From positions 96,001 to 160,000 of the IMG/VR virus record IMGVR_UViG_3300031420_000003: a stretch of 64,000 bases of DNA. The stretch is one strand, 5' to 3'. Position numbers and translations under genes: made by a program. Origin of the DNA: a virus. Positions 18,785-28,469 of the stretch are shown here, one piece after another (within the stretch, counting starts at the first letter, position 1; each line of letters begins with the position of its first letter). The notes under the pieces were generated by a model. The model saw only the letters and a list, made by a program, of their open reading frames with translations. It ran no database searches and had not been told where the DNA came from.

Positions 18785-19729
18785 TTAAGGTAGGACTAAC
18801 TCAAAGACAAACACTGCGTTCCACGTGTACGCCGTGTTGTTGTCCGTGACCAAGCCCGGCGGGTTATAGGCGTAGTTGTGGTAGGTCACGGTCGGTGCGT
18901 AAAACGGCACCAGTGCGGTACTGCCGTTAACGTTCGGGCTGGCGGACGTTCCCAGAACCGTCAAGCTTGCAAACTTCCCTTGGTCCCTGTCCGACAAATT
19001 CGTGCTCACGGCGAACAGACGGGCATAGGTGTTTTTCCACTCACCGGCCTCTTGGTCGTTGCCGCCCGCATAATCGTAAATGTACGGCAAACGGACACGG
19101 TACTTGTACCCGTTTTTGCTGAACATGGCATTTTGGGCAACGCCTGCTGCCGGCGACGCGCCGCTTGGAATAACAGAACCCACGCCGTCGATGCCGTACG
19201 CCATGCCGGCGTTATAGATGTTTGGGATGCTATTGGCTGCATGTGAGCTGTTCGGGAAGAACAGAATGCGACCTTTGAACACAAACTTATACCAACCGGT
19301 GAAAGCGCTGCCCGCGGGGATTGTGGTGAAGACAGCGTTCTGCGCGGCAGTTAATCCACCTTGCGTACCTACCAAGTCATCACGACTCGCAAAATCCGCA
19401 GTCGACACAAACCCAAAGTAACCGGCGTACCAGTCACCCATTAGCAGCTTTTGAGGACCGGGACCCGTGTCCAAATAGAACCCTTGCACGATCGGGGCAC
19501 TGAACAGACGCTCGGTGCCTTTTACCGCAGCAATCCAATACGTGTAGACGGTCTTCTCGGTGAGATTCGCCACGTCTTCAATGTATTGCGTTGCATCGCC
19601 AGCGACGGTTGCCGTTGGGGTACCCGGGTTGTTAACATCAATCGTTGCGCTGTGTCCCACCTTGCGGTAGATTTCAATAGACGTCAACGCTTTGTCAGCC
19701 TGCGATGGCCAACTTAAACGAATGGTCAT
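18785..19729 (-). CDS. Virion protein: FN3-like + GPG domain (module copy 1, gene C)
   Basis: MTIRLSWPSQAD parallels MGIKLKWPSMAD of 15391..16275; ends VFELVLP. Confidence 0.65.
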   Translation of the reverse strand: MTIRLSWPSQADKALTSIEIYRKVGHSATIDVNNPGTPTATVAGDATQYIEDVANLTEKTVYTYWIAAVKGTERLFSAPIVQGFYLDTGPGPQKLLMGDWYAGYFGFVSTADFASRDDLVGTQGGLTAAQNAVFTTIPAGSAFTGWYKFVFKGRILFFPNSSHAANSIPNIYNAGMAYGIDGVGSVIPSGASPAAGVAQNAMFSKNGYKYRVRLPYIYDYAGGNDQEAGEWKNTYARLFAVSTNLSDRDQGKFASLTVLGTSASPNVNGSTALVPFYAPTVTYHNYAYNPPGLVTDNNTAYTWNAVFVFELVLP

Positions 19730-19738
19730 ACCTGCTCC

Positions 19739-20740
19739 TTACTCTACCAGTTCAAAGATGGGAATGTAGCGACCCTGTTGCGATGGGGCTACGTACGTGA
19801 TGCGCTGTATCGCCTGTAACTGCGTTACCACAGTTCCTGCCGCACTGGTGTAGATACCACGGTGCATTACACGATCCTGTGCGGTATCGTGTTCCATACA
19901 GATGGTGCCGCCATTGAGGTAGAAGGTACCTGCGCCCAAACCCGCCATGCCGAGTTGAGTGCTCGCGGTTTGAAAGACGTTCGGCACACGTTGCTTCACC
20001 GGCACATCGACAACGATGGGGTATAACAGGTCGTTGAACTCATTAAAGCTCACGAGGTCGGTGTCGTCATGCGCCTTGTCTTTATACGCGTCATTAAAGG
20101 CAAAGGCAGGTGAGGCAGAGACCGAAGACAGCCCACGCGGCACACGCATGCGATAGGTGTCGTTTTGTGAGAGAATCTTTGCGGTCTGCGGTGTTGGGGG
20201 AAGTGTCCCAAATCCGTTTGCTGGGCCATTGTCATCTGTGCCGTAGACAAGACCGTTCTGATACAACGTTGCCCACGTGGTAAATCCGGGACTGAACGCC
20301 GTCAGCAGATAGAAGATTTTGCCGTTACGGCAGAACTTCTGTAAAGGAACACGATCGGTTGCTGCAAAGGCGGTTGGGAACGCCGCCAAGAACCCTGCCG
20401 GGAGCTGACTGCCGTACCACTGTTCCTCAGTCGGAACTGGACCGTAATAGCCCAACCGGTCATCACCGGAAATCAGTGTATTCGGACCGATCCCACGACG
20501 TACCGCTACTGTGTATTTCTGGCTACTGGTTGCCACCGTTTTACCGTTGGCGGTCACCGTCATCAGGTAGTAGTACGTTTGTCCACCCACCACGGTGGTG
20601 TCACGGTAAGACGTTTCCCCGTTACTCAGCGTGGCTAAAGGAGCCGGCAGTGCCGTGACAGAAATGTCCTTGGTGTCGCGATAGATGTTAACCACCGTCG
20701 CGATGGTATTGGGGTTGTTCCAGCGCAATGTAAATGACAT
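19739..20740 (-). CDS. Virion protein: FN3-like + GPG domain (module copy 1, gene B)
   Basis: MSFTLRWNNPNTIATVVNIYR; GPNTLISGDDRLGYYG. Confidence 0.65.
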   Translation of the reverse strand: MSFTLRWNNPNTIATVVNIYRDTKDISVTALPAPLATLSNGETSYRDTTVVGGQTYYYLMTVTANGKTVATSSQKYTVAVRRGIGPNTLISGDDRLGYYGPVPTEEQWYGSQLPAGFLAAFPTAFAATDRVPLQKFCRNGKIFYLLTAFSPGFTTWATLYQNGLVYGTDDNGPANGFGTLPPTPQTAKILSQNDTYRMRVPRGLSSVSASPAFAFNDAYKDKAHDDTDLVSFNEFNDLLYPIVVDVPVKQRVPNVFQTASTQLGMAGLGAGTFYLNGGTICMEHDTAQDRVMHRGIYTSAAGTVVTQLQAIQRITYVAPSQQGRYIPIFELVE

Positions 20741-20755
20741 GCGGTTACGCCTCTA

Positions 20756-22174
20756 TTAGAAATCGTCAAGGTCGCCATTGGTTGCTGATAAATCAACCTT
20801 GGACGGCGTGTACATCTCGACTTTGAACGGAATGGGTCGGAAGTCGATGGTTTTAGGGGCACCCGGTATCACCGGTTTCACGTACAGCGATTGCGTGATA
20901 TCAAAGGTTACCGGCAAGAAGTCGATAGTCTTCGGATTACCCGGTTGGACTGGGGCGACCCGCAGCGACTGGTCGACGCTAAACGGAATGGTCTTAAGAC
21001 TCATGTCCATCTGACCAAACATGCTGTCTAGTCCCAACAACGTGGTCGAGGTGTCAACCAGTTCGAGCACCGGGAACCAGTAATAGTTGGCACCGGTTTG
21101 GTTTTTCAGTATGTTTGTCCAACTCTGAAGCGCAAGCGTTGCCATCTTACTTATCGTGGTGTTGGTCACCACGCTGTTTTGGAACATGCACCAAAGCGTC
21201 CACTGGGAGTTGGTCAGGCTCGCCCACTTACCGTTGTTCAGGTAGTTGAACATCTGCACTTCACTACCCTGGTATTCGCTCGCCGCTATTATTCCAGTGG
21301 CAGCGGAGAACGGGTCTGCACCGGCACTTGGTAGACGAATTCGGTAATAAAACTTACCTTCACTGGCGGTACCGTGCGACAGAATACGCAGCTGGTTAAC
21401 CGTTGGGGCAGTTGGGAACTTACCGTTGTCGTCCGTGCCGTAGACCAACCCTTCGTTGTACAAGGTGTTCCATGTGACGTTGTACCCCACCGGGGTAATC
21501 GGCAGGTAAAGCACTTGGCTGTTGTAGAAGAACTTGTACCACCCTTCGGTGCCGGTATACAGCGTCGGCTTTGTACCTTTAAGGAAGGCTGCTGCGATGA
21601 GTTCATCGTGAGTAAACAAATCAGAGGCAGCCACGGTACCGAAGTAACCGGCCAAGTTATCCCCGACCAACAGCGTTTTGGGACCGGGCCCCGACTGCGG
21701 GTAATAACCGGCTGATTTGATTTGGTACTTAAACACCAGATTCCCGATAAACGCCGGCGATGCGGATGCGATAGCAAGCGTCAGCGTTTGTGCGGTAGCA
21801 TTGGGTGCCGTGACGGGTGCTGTGGGGGTTGACAAGTCCCCAGCGCCGAGGTTAAAGCCCAGCGCATCATTAAGGTACGTTAACATAGCCTGCTGTGTCG
21901 CCACACTCGACTTCATGTAGACGGTCGGGGTGAAGTTAATCAGCTGACTTAAGTCAATGCGGTCGTAATAGAGGGTGACTCTACCTTGTAAGCCAGACCC
22001 CGGGTACGCGGTAAACTCCACACGCGTGTTGCGCCCGTTGAGGCTGGTTGAGATGGCCACTGGTGTTTTGGTTAACGCGGCGTTACTCGCGGACAGCGGC
22101 ACAGGAAGTCCCGGGTTGTCCCGATTCACCTGATCGTAAATCAGCTGCAGCGCCGCCTTTGAATAGAATTGCAT
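20756..22174 (-). CDS. Virion protein: paralog anchor domain + GPG domain (module copy 1, gene A)
   Basis: NRDNPGLP..GRNTRV..YYDRID; GPGPKTLLVGD..GYFG; C-terminal DLSATNGDLDDF. Confidence 0.65.
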   Translation of the reverse strand: MQFYSKAALQLIYDQVNRDNPGLPVPLSASNAALTKTPVAISTSLNGRNTRVEFTAYPGSGLQGRVTLYYDRIDLSQLINFTPTVYMKSSVATQQAMLTYLNDALGFNLGAGDLSTPTAPVTAPNATAQTLTLAIASASPAFIGNLVFKYQIKSAGYYPQSGPGPKTLLVGDNLAGYFGTVAASDLFTHDELIAAAFLKGTKPTLYTGTEGWYKFFYNSQVLYLPITPVGYNVTWNTLYNEGLVYGTDDNGKFPTAPTVNQLRILSHGTASEGKFYYRIRLPSAGADPFSAATGIIAASEYQGSEVQMFNYLNNGKWASLTNSQWTLWCMFQNSVVTNTTISKMATLALQSWTNILKNQTGANYYWFPVLELVDTSTTLLGLDSMFGQMDMSLKTIPFSVDQSLRVAPVQPGNPKTIDFLPVTFDITQSLYVKPVIPGAPKTIDFRPIPFKVEMYTPSKVDLSATNGDLDDF

Positions 22175-22206
22175 AACTCAACTCCTGACCGCTATCAAAA
22201 AAGAAA

Positions 22207-22222
22207 AGGCCCCGAGGGGCCT
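22207..22222 (-). terminator. Rho-independent terminator
   Basis: AGGCCC-CGAG-GGGCCT preceded on + by AAAAAAGAAA. Confidence 0.65.
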
Positions 22223-22226
22223 AGAG

Positions 22227-23054
22227 TTAGCTGTTATAGTGGTAATAGGCATTGCCTTTTACGCCAGCTTCATCAATACCGGTCTGAATAACAACGCGGT
22301 CGTAATCTTTGTTCGCGTACTGCGCGGTCGTGGTCGCAACGTCCTGCACGGTGTTGGAGTTCAGCGGTGCCCGATACGACGGTACCCCTAAGTCATCCAA
22401 GACCTTACGCAGACCCGCCCACTGTGGTAACCCCGAAGAGTCGACCGTAAGCAGGTTCTTGTACGCCGTGAAGTCGATGCCAAATGTCAGCATGTCCACA
22501 CACATTTTATTTAACGTCGGGTCAATCGGTGGCTTGATAGCATCCAGCACGTCAGTGGTAATCGACGTGTCCAATACGGGCAAACCGCGACTGAAATGCA
22601 TCAGCTGTGTACCGACGTAGGCCGGTGAACTTGGCAACGCTTGGAAGTACACGTTCGCGGCGTAGTTAGCCTGACTGACACCGCCCATGGCATTGTTAGT
22701 CAAATCCATGGTACCGAAGTTCACGCCGTATGTATCAAAAATCACCGCCAGCGCACCGTGGATATTGGGTGCGGTGAAAGACACGAACTGTGCCGCAGCA
22801 GCATTCGCCCACGGTAGCAGCGTCACGATGTTCACACGGTCGTAGTAAATCCAAATCTGGTCACGGAACCCACTACCCTGCTGCCCGCGTAAACGGGCTT
22901 TGGTGTTGCGCATGTTGTTTGCCGCATTCGGCGTCACCGCCGTGATGCTTTCGAGCATACAGTTCTGCGCATTTGCCACAATCGGCAAATTGGGGTTATC
23001 CCGGTTAATCAGATCGAAGGCCAGCTCGAGCGAGGTCTTTGCATAGTTCAACAT
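22227..23054 (-). CDS. Virion structural protein, paralog family
   Basis: LINRDNP..RNT..GSGF..YYDRV; C-terminal YYHYN. Confidence 0.65.
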   Translation of the reverse strand: MLNYAKTSLELAFDLINRDNPNLPIVANAQNCMLESITAVTPNAANNMRNTKARLRGQQGSGFRDQIWIYYDRVNIVTLLPWANAAAAQFVSFTAPNIHGALAVIFDTYGVNFGTMDLTNNAMGGVSQANYAANVYFQALPSSPAYVGTQLMHFSRGLPVLDTSITTDVLDAIKPPIDPTLNKMCVDMLTFGIDFTAYKNLLTVDSSGLPQWAGLRKVLDDLGVPSYRAPLNSNTVQDVATTTAQYANKDYDRVVIQTGIDEAGVKGNAYYHYNS

Positions 23055-23057
23055 GGA

Positions 23058-23946
23058 TTACACCTCGTTTGGATCGTCAACATCATTGAACTGCAGATAC
23101 AGGGTACCTTTGATGTTGGTGGTAGTGGCCGGCAGTGTTAACACAAGCACGTACTTGTATTTGCTGTTGGTCGGCATGTTGACCGGATCGTTCAAGCCTA
23201 CGCTTACGACGTTGGCACCCGCCAGTCCCCACGAAGACGCGGAGGTTGCCACCCATGCTGCGCCGGTGATGGCTTTCAGCAGGTTGGTCATGGTGGTCAG
23301 TGGTGTGCCAGTCAACAGACCCGGTGCGAAGCCCAGTAAGGTGTCGCGGTAGGTGGAGAAGTTGAACGGGTACGAGTAGACCTGCGCCATAATCGCACTG
23401 ACGGTTTCGGAACCCATCTGGTCGTTCGGGTACTTCAGACCGGACAGCACAGTGGTGTTCACGGTGGAGACCAGCGTTTCATCGCCGCGTTTCACTTTGA
23501 AGTTATACTGACCTTGCCAACCCAGAGACGTCGGCGAGGCTTTGACCAGTACCGTACCGGTCAGCTTGTCCGTGTCCCAGAGGATTTGCGCATCCTGTAA
23601 GTCAGCCTGTTCAAAGGCAAAACCGTAGCGTTGGTTCAAACCGACAATCGCATTAAACAGCGTGGCGTTTGAGGGACCAATGCGCAGGGTATCGCCCAGC
23701 AGGATAACAAGGTCTTGGATGTTCATGCGGTTGTAGTAAACGTTTTTCTTGCCCGCCCACATTGAGCCCGCCACGCCGTCAGCCGTGATTTTCACCACGG
23801 TGTTGCGGTTTACTGCGTTACCTTTCTCGGTCCCGCTGATGTCCTTTGGTGCGCTGTAGACGATATCCGTTGCCTTGATGGTCAACGAGTTCGCTGCGTC
23901 AATGGCCGCCAGCAGGACGTCCTTAGAAGGTTGATAGAGTGCCATT
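23058..23946 (-). CDS. Virion structural protein, paralog family
   Basis: Likely start MALYQPS; YYNRM, LNQRYGF, LSGLKYP, LYLQFN. Confidence 0.65.
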
Positions 23947-23956
23947 CGCTTTATTC

Positions 23957-24793
23957 CTAAGTGTTGTAATGCAGCAGCCAATCGCCTGCAACCTGCGGGT
24001 CATTCATGCCGGTGATAATCAGTAGCATGTCCGACATTCCGTTGGAGCGGAGTTCGGTTGAGGCCTTAACGCGTTTGATAGAGGTACGGGTAACGTCAAA
24101 CTGCGGCAACCCTCGCCCAGCAAACACCTGCAATAAACTGGTAGTGTAGCCGTTGTCCCAATTGGGACCGACATCCAAACGCCCATCCACAAAGCTCATC
24201 ATTAGCTGGATTTCATCAGAGAAGTCCCGGCCATAACTGAGCATCTCAGCAGACTTACGCGTAAGGGCGGGGTCGACCGGATGGGTTAATTCATCCAAGA
24301 CATCGTTGACCACCAATTCTTCTAAATTGTTCTTACCCCGAACCGACATAAAGGTAATCGACCCTGTGTACTGAATACAGGCGTTGGTTACACTCACGGT
24401 ATTCTTGGTATTCAGGTAGACATACACATCCGGGATATCTTCTGCCACAAGGTTAAGGCCGTAGCGCCCATTGAGGTTTTGTGCAAACGCCGCCTTCTTA
24501 GGGGTGGTGTACAAAGAACCATACGCATCCGGGGCCGTCACCTGTGGGGTGAAGTTTTTGAACAAGTCGTTCAGCGACAATCGTTTGTAGCGGAAAGTCT
24601 GTGCGCCTGTGTAACCCCGCCCTTGACGACCACGAATGATAATCTCAGTGTTGGCTCCACTCGGCTGAACAGGAATGGCTTTAGGAGTACCAAACACCGC
24701 GTTGTCGAATGACATCGGTGTAATCGCACCGGGGTTTTCCGCATTAATCGCATCGAAAAGAAACTGTCGCTGAGACAGACTATATAACGCCAT
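23957..24793 (-). CDS. Virion structural protein, paralog family
   Basis: GGAGG RBS; AINAENP, YKRL, LNGRYGL, LLHYN. Confidence 0.65.
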   Translation of the reverse strand: MALYSLSQRQFLFDAINAENPGAITPMSFDNAVFGTPKAIPVQPSGANTEIIIRGRQGRGYTGAQTFRYKRLSLNDLFKNFTPQVTAPDAYGSLYTTPKKAAFAQNLNGRYGLNLVAEDIPDVYVYLNTKNTVSVTNACIQYTGSITFMSVRGKNNLEELVVNDVLDELTHPVDPALTRKSAEMLSYGRDFSDEIQLMMSFVDGRLDVGPNWDNGYTTSLLQVFAGRGLPQFDVTRTSIKRVKASTELRSNGMSDMLLIITGMNDPQVAGDWLLHYNT

Positions 24794-24830
24794 AATAGCC
24801 TCCTCGGCATATCTTAAAAAAGAAGGGAAG

Positions 24831-24858
24831 GCTAAGGAGAGGTTGCCCTCCCCCTAGC
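24831..24858 (-). terminator. Rho-independent terminator
   Basis: Minus strand GCTAGGGGGAGG-GCAA-CCTCTCCTTAGC then pyrimidine/T tract. Confidence 0.6.
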
Positions 24859-24865
24859 GCGACCA

Positions 24866-25792
24866 TTAGGCGTTGTAGTGCAGGAACAGCTCGCCTTGGA
24901 AGTTAGAGCACAGGCTATCAGACAGCTTCAGTTTCAGAATGCTGTTGTAGTCGGTGTTCGCGCCTTCGACTGGCTGGTCAATCGTACCACCGCTGGTGCT
25001 GTTTGGATCTGGCACCTGATTCACAGTTGCACCGTTGTAGGTGACTTCTGCGCCGTGGATGTTGTAATCCGCCGCATCCGTTTTATCAACCCACAGCTCA
25101 GGGACGACTTTGTTCAGCTCGGTGGAGAACGCGGAGTCATCAGCCAGTGTACCGGTTGCCTGTGCTTTCAGGAACGCGGCAATCGGGCTGCAATCCACAC
25201 CGTAGGAGTAGATGTACGCCTGACCTTTGGTCGCCGACTCGTTGTCCGGGTACTGCAAGCCATCCAACTGGGTGTTGGTCACCACCAGAGACAGACGCTC
25301 ACCGACCTGCGGTTTCGCACCAATCTTCACGGCGATTTTACCGAGGAAGGCAAAGCAGTTGTCTTTGAACACGATGTCGTGGTCAACCGGTGCCGGGTCT
25401 GGGTCATCCGGGTTGGTTGGTGGGACGTTGGTGCCAGCGGGAATCGCAGATGGGGTGATATCTTCCACCGCGATGCCCAAACCGTACTGACTGTTCAGGG
25501 CGGCCAGCAGGTCAGTGGTTGACGTCGGCTCTTTCACGTCCAGATACGCAGTCACGTTGCGGAACAGGGCCAGACCATCCAGACGGTCATACGTCACGTC
25601 CTGCGTACCCACGAAGCCGGAGTTCTTACGGGCTTTCAGGGTAATCTTGCTGTTGCGGTCAGCACTGTCATCACCGTCATTCGCAACCGGCTCACCCAGT
25701 GTGACTTTGGAAAGCTCCAGATGTGCGTCTGTGTTCTTCTCGTTGATGAGATCCAGAACCAGCAGATCGGAAGATTTGTTTAAAGGTTTCAT
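24866..25792 (-). CDS. Virion structural protein, paralog family
   Basis: LINEKN, YDRLD, LNSQYGL, LDGLQYP..GQAYIYS, LFLHYN. Confidence 0.65.
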   Translation of the reverse strand: MKPLNKSSDLLVLDLINEKNTDAHLELSKVTLGEPVANDGDDSADRNSKITLKARKNSGFVGTQDVTYDRLDGLALFRNVTAYLDVKEPTSTTDLLAALNSQYGLGIAVEDITPSAIPAGTNVPPTNPDDPDPAPVDHDIVFKDNCFAFLGKIAVKIGAKPQVGERLSLVVTNTQLDGLQYPDNESATKGQAYIYSYGVDCSPIAAFLKAQATGTLADDSAFSTELNKVVPELWVDKTDAADYNIHGAEVTYNGATVNQVPDPNSTSGGTIDQPVEGANTDYNSILKLKLSDSLCSNFQGELFLHYNA

Positions 25793-25812
25793 TCTAACTT
25801 CCTTTATCGGGA

Positions 25813-26658
25813 TTAGTCAGGGTCGTTGTAGTGGAGATACAACTTACCGCCAAGGTTAAGACAATACAGTGAAAGGTCAATGATAAGCACGTTGTCCACC
25901 GACGGGTTGGTCGGGAAGGCTGCACTGTTCTTACCGTTATACGACACAATCGCTTCTTTGAGGTTGAAGTCGATAGGACTGCGATACGTAGTCCAAGCGT
26001 CCCCTGTAACCGTTTTCAGAATCGCGGCTAAGCGAGCAGTTGTGATAGTCGTCCCCGCTGCTTTGAACTCTGCAGCAAAGTTATCAAACCGCCAAGGAAA
26101 CGAGTACACCGCAGCTTGTCCCACTTTCGTGTTGAAGTACGGATACGCGTAAGGGCTTACGGTGGTGGGTTCAAAGTTCGACGCCAGCAACGCATCCCCG
26201 GGCAGCAACTGCACCACAATTTCCCCAATCCAACCGAGTGAGGTGTCGGTGGCTTTCAGAGGAACCGTCCATTCCGTGCGGTCGATATTAGCTGCCACGA
26301 TATCTGAGGTTCTCAGGCTCAAGCCGTAATACTGGTTGATGAGCGGCACAATATCGTGCACCACAAACACACTGTCAAGGCGTGCTGGGATGCGCAGTGG
26401 CTGAATCCCATCGAGGCCAGTAAAGACATCGTTGAAATCCACCCGGTCGTAGAACACCGTGGTGTAGCCAATCGCCGATGCCGTAGGCAGGGCTTGGACA
26501 CGCACCATGGCGTTGTGGCCGTTGGCTTTTGCCACGTCTTCAGCAGACGTAGGAATCGCAGGCACACCGAAAACCACATCCGGGGCTTTAAGCGCCAGTG
26601 AGTTCTCAAGGTTAATCTCCGCCAAGATAATCTCTTCAGCGGTGGCGAGTAATGGCAT
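25813..26658 (-). CDS. Virion structural protein, paralog family
   Basis: EINLEN, YDRVD, INQYYGL, GQAAVYS, LYLHYN. Confidence 0.65.
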   Translation of the reverse strand: MPLLATAEEIILAEINLENSLALKAPDVVFGVPAIPTSAEDVAKANGHNAMVRVQALPTASAIGYTTVFYDRVDFNDVFTGLDGIQPLRIPARLDSVFVVHDIVPLINQYYGLSLRTSDIVAANIDRTEWTVPLKATDTSLGWIGEIVVQLLPGDALLASNFEPTTVSPYAYPYFNTKVGQAAVYSFPWRFDNFAAEFKAAGTTITTARLAAILKTVTGDAWTTYRSPIDFNLKEAIVSYNGKNSAAFPTNPSVDNVLIIDLSLYCLNLGGKLYLHYNDPD

Positions 26659-26666
26659 ACGGGTCC

Positions 26667-27500
26667 CTATTTCGGCGCATAGTGAAGAATCAGGGTACCG
26701 GTGTAGTTACTGTTAGTGCCCAGATTAATCAGGAAAGCCCGAGTGTAATTCTGGTCATAACGGTCACCCGGCGTTACCGCCACCGACCCACCCATACGTG
26801 CATTCTGCAAACCAATCTGCCCCGGCTGTACCGTACCCAGTTCCCCGAAGAAGAACCTCAGCGGTACCACCTCATTCAGTGCTTGGACATCATCAGCGGT
26901 CAGCAGGCGGTTCGTCGTCCACTGTTTGGTAAACGTATCCGTTAACTCAGACCAGTCGTAGCCGTAAGCCACGTATTCTGCTCGGGGTTTAACGTCCACG
27001 GTAAACGGGGCGACAATGGCGGACAAATCGACATCGGTGACTACGTCGCGCAGGTTCGGTAAGAACTTAGCAAAACGCAATGCGAAGTCAGTTTGCCATG
27101 CCAGACAACCCGGCTTAACCACCACGGTGATAACGTAGGCATTGCCCAGTTCGGCCACCGATTGTTCTTCGATGTCGTCCTTGGTCAGACTCAGCCCGTA
27201 CTTCTTGTTCAAGAAGGGCAGCAGCTCAGAGAGTTTACTTACCGGCTCCGTTGAAATAAACGGGACGATGTTACGGAACAGAACCGCGGTATCAATGCGG
27301 TTGTACTCAATGGTCACATTGCCTTTGTACCCTTGCCCGTTCAGTCCGTATAACAGTACACGGGTATCGCGCGGTGCAAGGGGTGTGGTAATCTTTTCAG
27401 GAAACCCGGCGGCAATCTGATTCCATGTGAGTGAGGTGTTGTTTTCCCGGTTAATGGCCTCTAACAACATCGTAGCTGAGGGCTTATCGTAGATAGACAC
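26667..27500 (-). CDS. Virion structural protein, paralog family
   Basis: AINREN, YNRID, LNKKYGL, LILHY; GTG start after GGGGG RBS. Confidence 0.65.
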   Translation of the reverse strand: MSIYDKPSATMLLEAINRENNTSLTWNQIAAGFPEKITTPLAPRDTRVLLYGLNGQGYKGNVTIEYNRIDTAVLFRNIVPFISTEPVSKLSELLPFLNKKYGLSLTKDDIEEQSVAELGNAYVITVVVKPGCLAWQTDFALRFAKFLPNLRDVVTDVDLSAIVAPFTVDVKPRAEYVAYGYDWSELTDTFTKQWTTNRLLTADDVQALNEVVPLRFFFGELGTVQPGQIGLQNARMGGSVAVTPGDRYDQNYTRAFLINLGTNSNYTGTLILHYAPK

Positions 27501-27511
27501 TTATACCCCCC

Positions 27512-28309
27512 TTAGTTGTTAAAGTGTAAGTTCAATGCACCTTGGAAATTGGTACACAGCGTGGTTAACTGAATGGAGACCACACGCTCAAAGGCGGTGT
27601 TCGCACCCGGAAGGTCTGCTGGTGCACCATCAAAGACAACAATGGCATCATGCACGTTATACGGCACCGCTGTCTCACTGGACACCCACGTTTCAGGCAC
27701 AACCTTATTCAGCTCCTCTGCCAGTGCTGTGTCATCCACATCGATCCCCACCGCAAGCAGTGACAGGAACTTTTTGATGTGCGAACAGTCAATGTCGCGA
27801 GAGTAAATGTAGGCTTGTCCGATGGTGGTGTCTTGGTGGTCAGGGTAACGCAAACCGTCTAATTGGGTACTGGTTACTACCGTGTTCAGTTGAACCGCCG
27901 GTTTAAGTTGAATGACAACATCACCCCTCCACTCGTGCGAGAGAGGTTCTGCTGTCAACGTCATTGCATTGCCGGAGCGCGGCGTATCTTCCACATCTTG
28001 AGGAAGAATGTTCAGGCCGAAACGATCGTTGACGGCGCTAAGGATGTCATGAGCCGAAGCTATGTCCTCATCGCCAAAGGTGTTGTCGCCTTTGATGTAG
28101 TCCGGTAAGGGACGACGATGATAAAAGACCTCAACTTCAGATCCCTCGTCATCCTTTAACTTGGACGTTAACACCACACTTGAATCGCGACCGTCGACGG
28201 ACACCACTTCCGGCAGAGAAATATCAACGTCGTCAAAGGTTAGCGCAGGGCTAATCTTACACTCGTCGTTGATGAGTTTTAGCAGATTCTCTTTGGAGGT
28301 AATAGACAT
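27512..28309 (-). CDS. Virion structural protein, paralog family
   Basis: Start reassigned to MSITSK (longer ORF crosses a terminator); LDGLRYP..GQAYIYS, LNLHFN; closest to 24866..25792. Confidence 0.65.
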   Translation of the reverse strand: MSITSKENLLKLINDECKISPALTFDDVDISLPEVVSVDGRDSSVVLTSKLKDDEGSEVEVFYHRRPLPDYIKGDNTFGDEDIASAHDILSAVNDRFGLNILPQDVEDTPRSGNAMTLTAEPLSHEWRGDVVIQLKPAVQLNTVVTSTQLDGLRYPDHQDTTIGQAYIYSRDIDCSHIKKFLSLLAVGIDVDDTALAEELNKVVPETWVSSETAVPYNVHDAIVVFDGAPADLPGANTAFERVVSIQLTTLCTNFQGALNLHFNN

Positions 28310-28443
28310 CGCGTTAACTCGGTTAAGGTTTCCAAAGGCTACAGCGTCTGCCGTAACCCTCCTGCCAGCATAATAAATCGGTAAGGCTTTATTGATACTT
28401 CGACATATAACAGAAAGATAACGTAGAGACAAAAAAGAAAAGA

Positions 28444-28463
28444 GAGACCCCCGAAGGGGTCTC
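28444..28463 (-). terminator. Rho-independent terminator
   Basis: GAGACCCC-CGAA-GGGGTCTC (UUCG loop on minus strand) with T tract. Confidence 0.85.
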
Positions 28464-28469
28464 AATGTG

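Noticed and set aside
15391-22174. Diversity-generating retroelement acting on the lectin-like domains
   Set aside because: No reverse transcriptase and no near-identical template/variable repeat pair seen in the window
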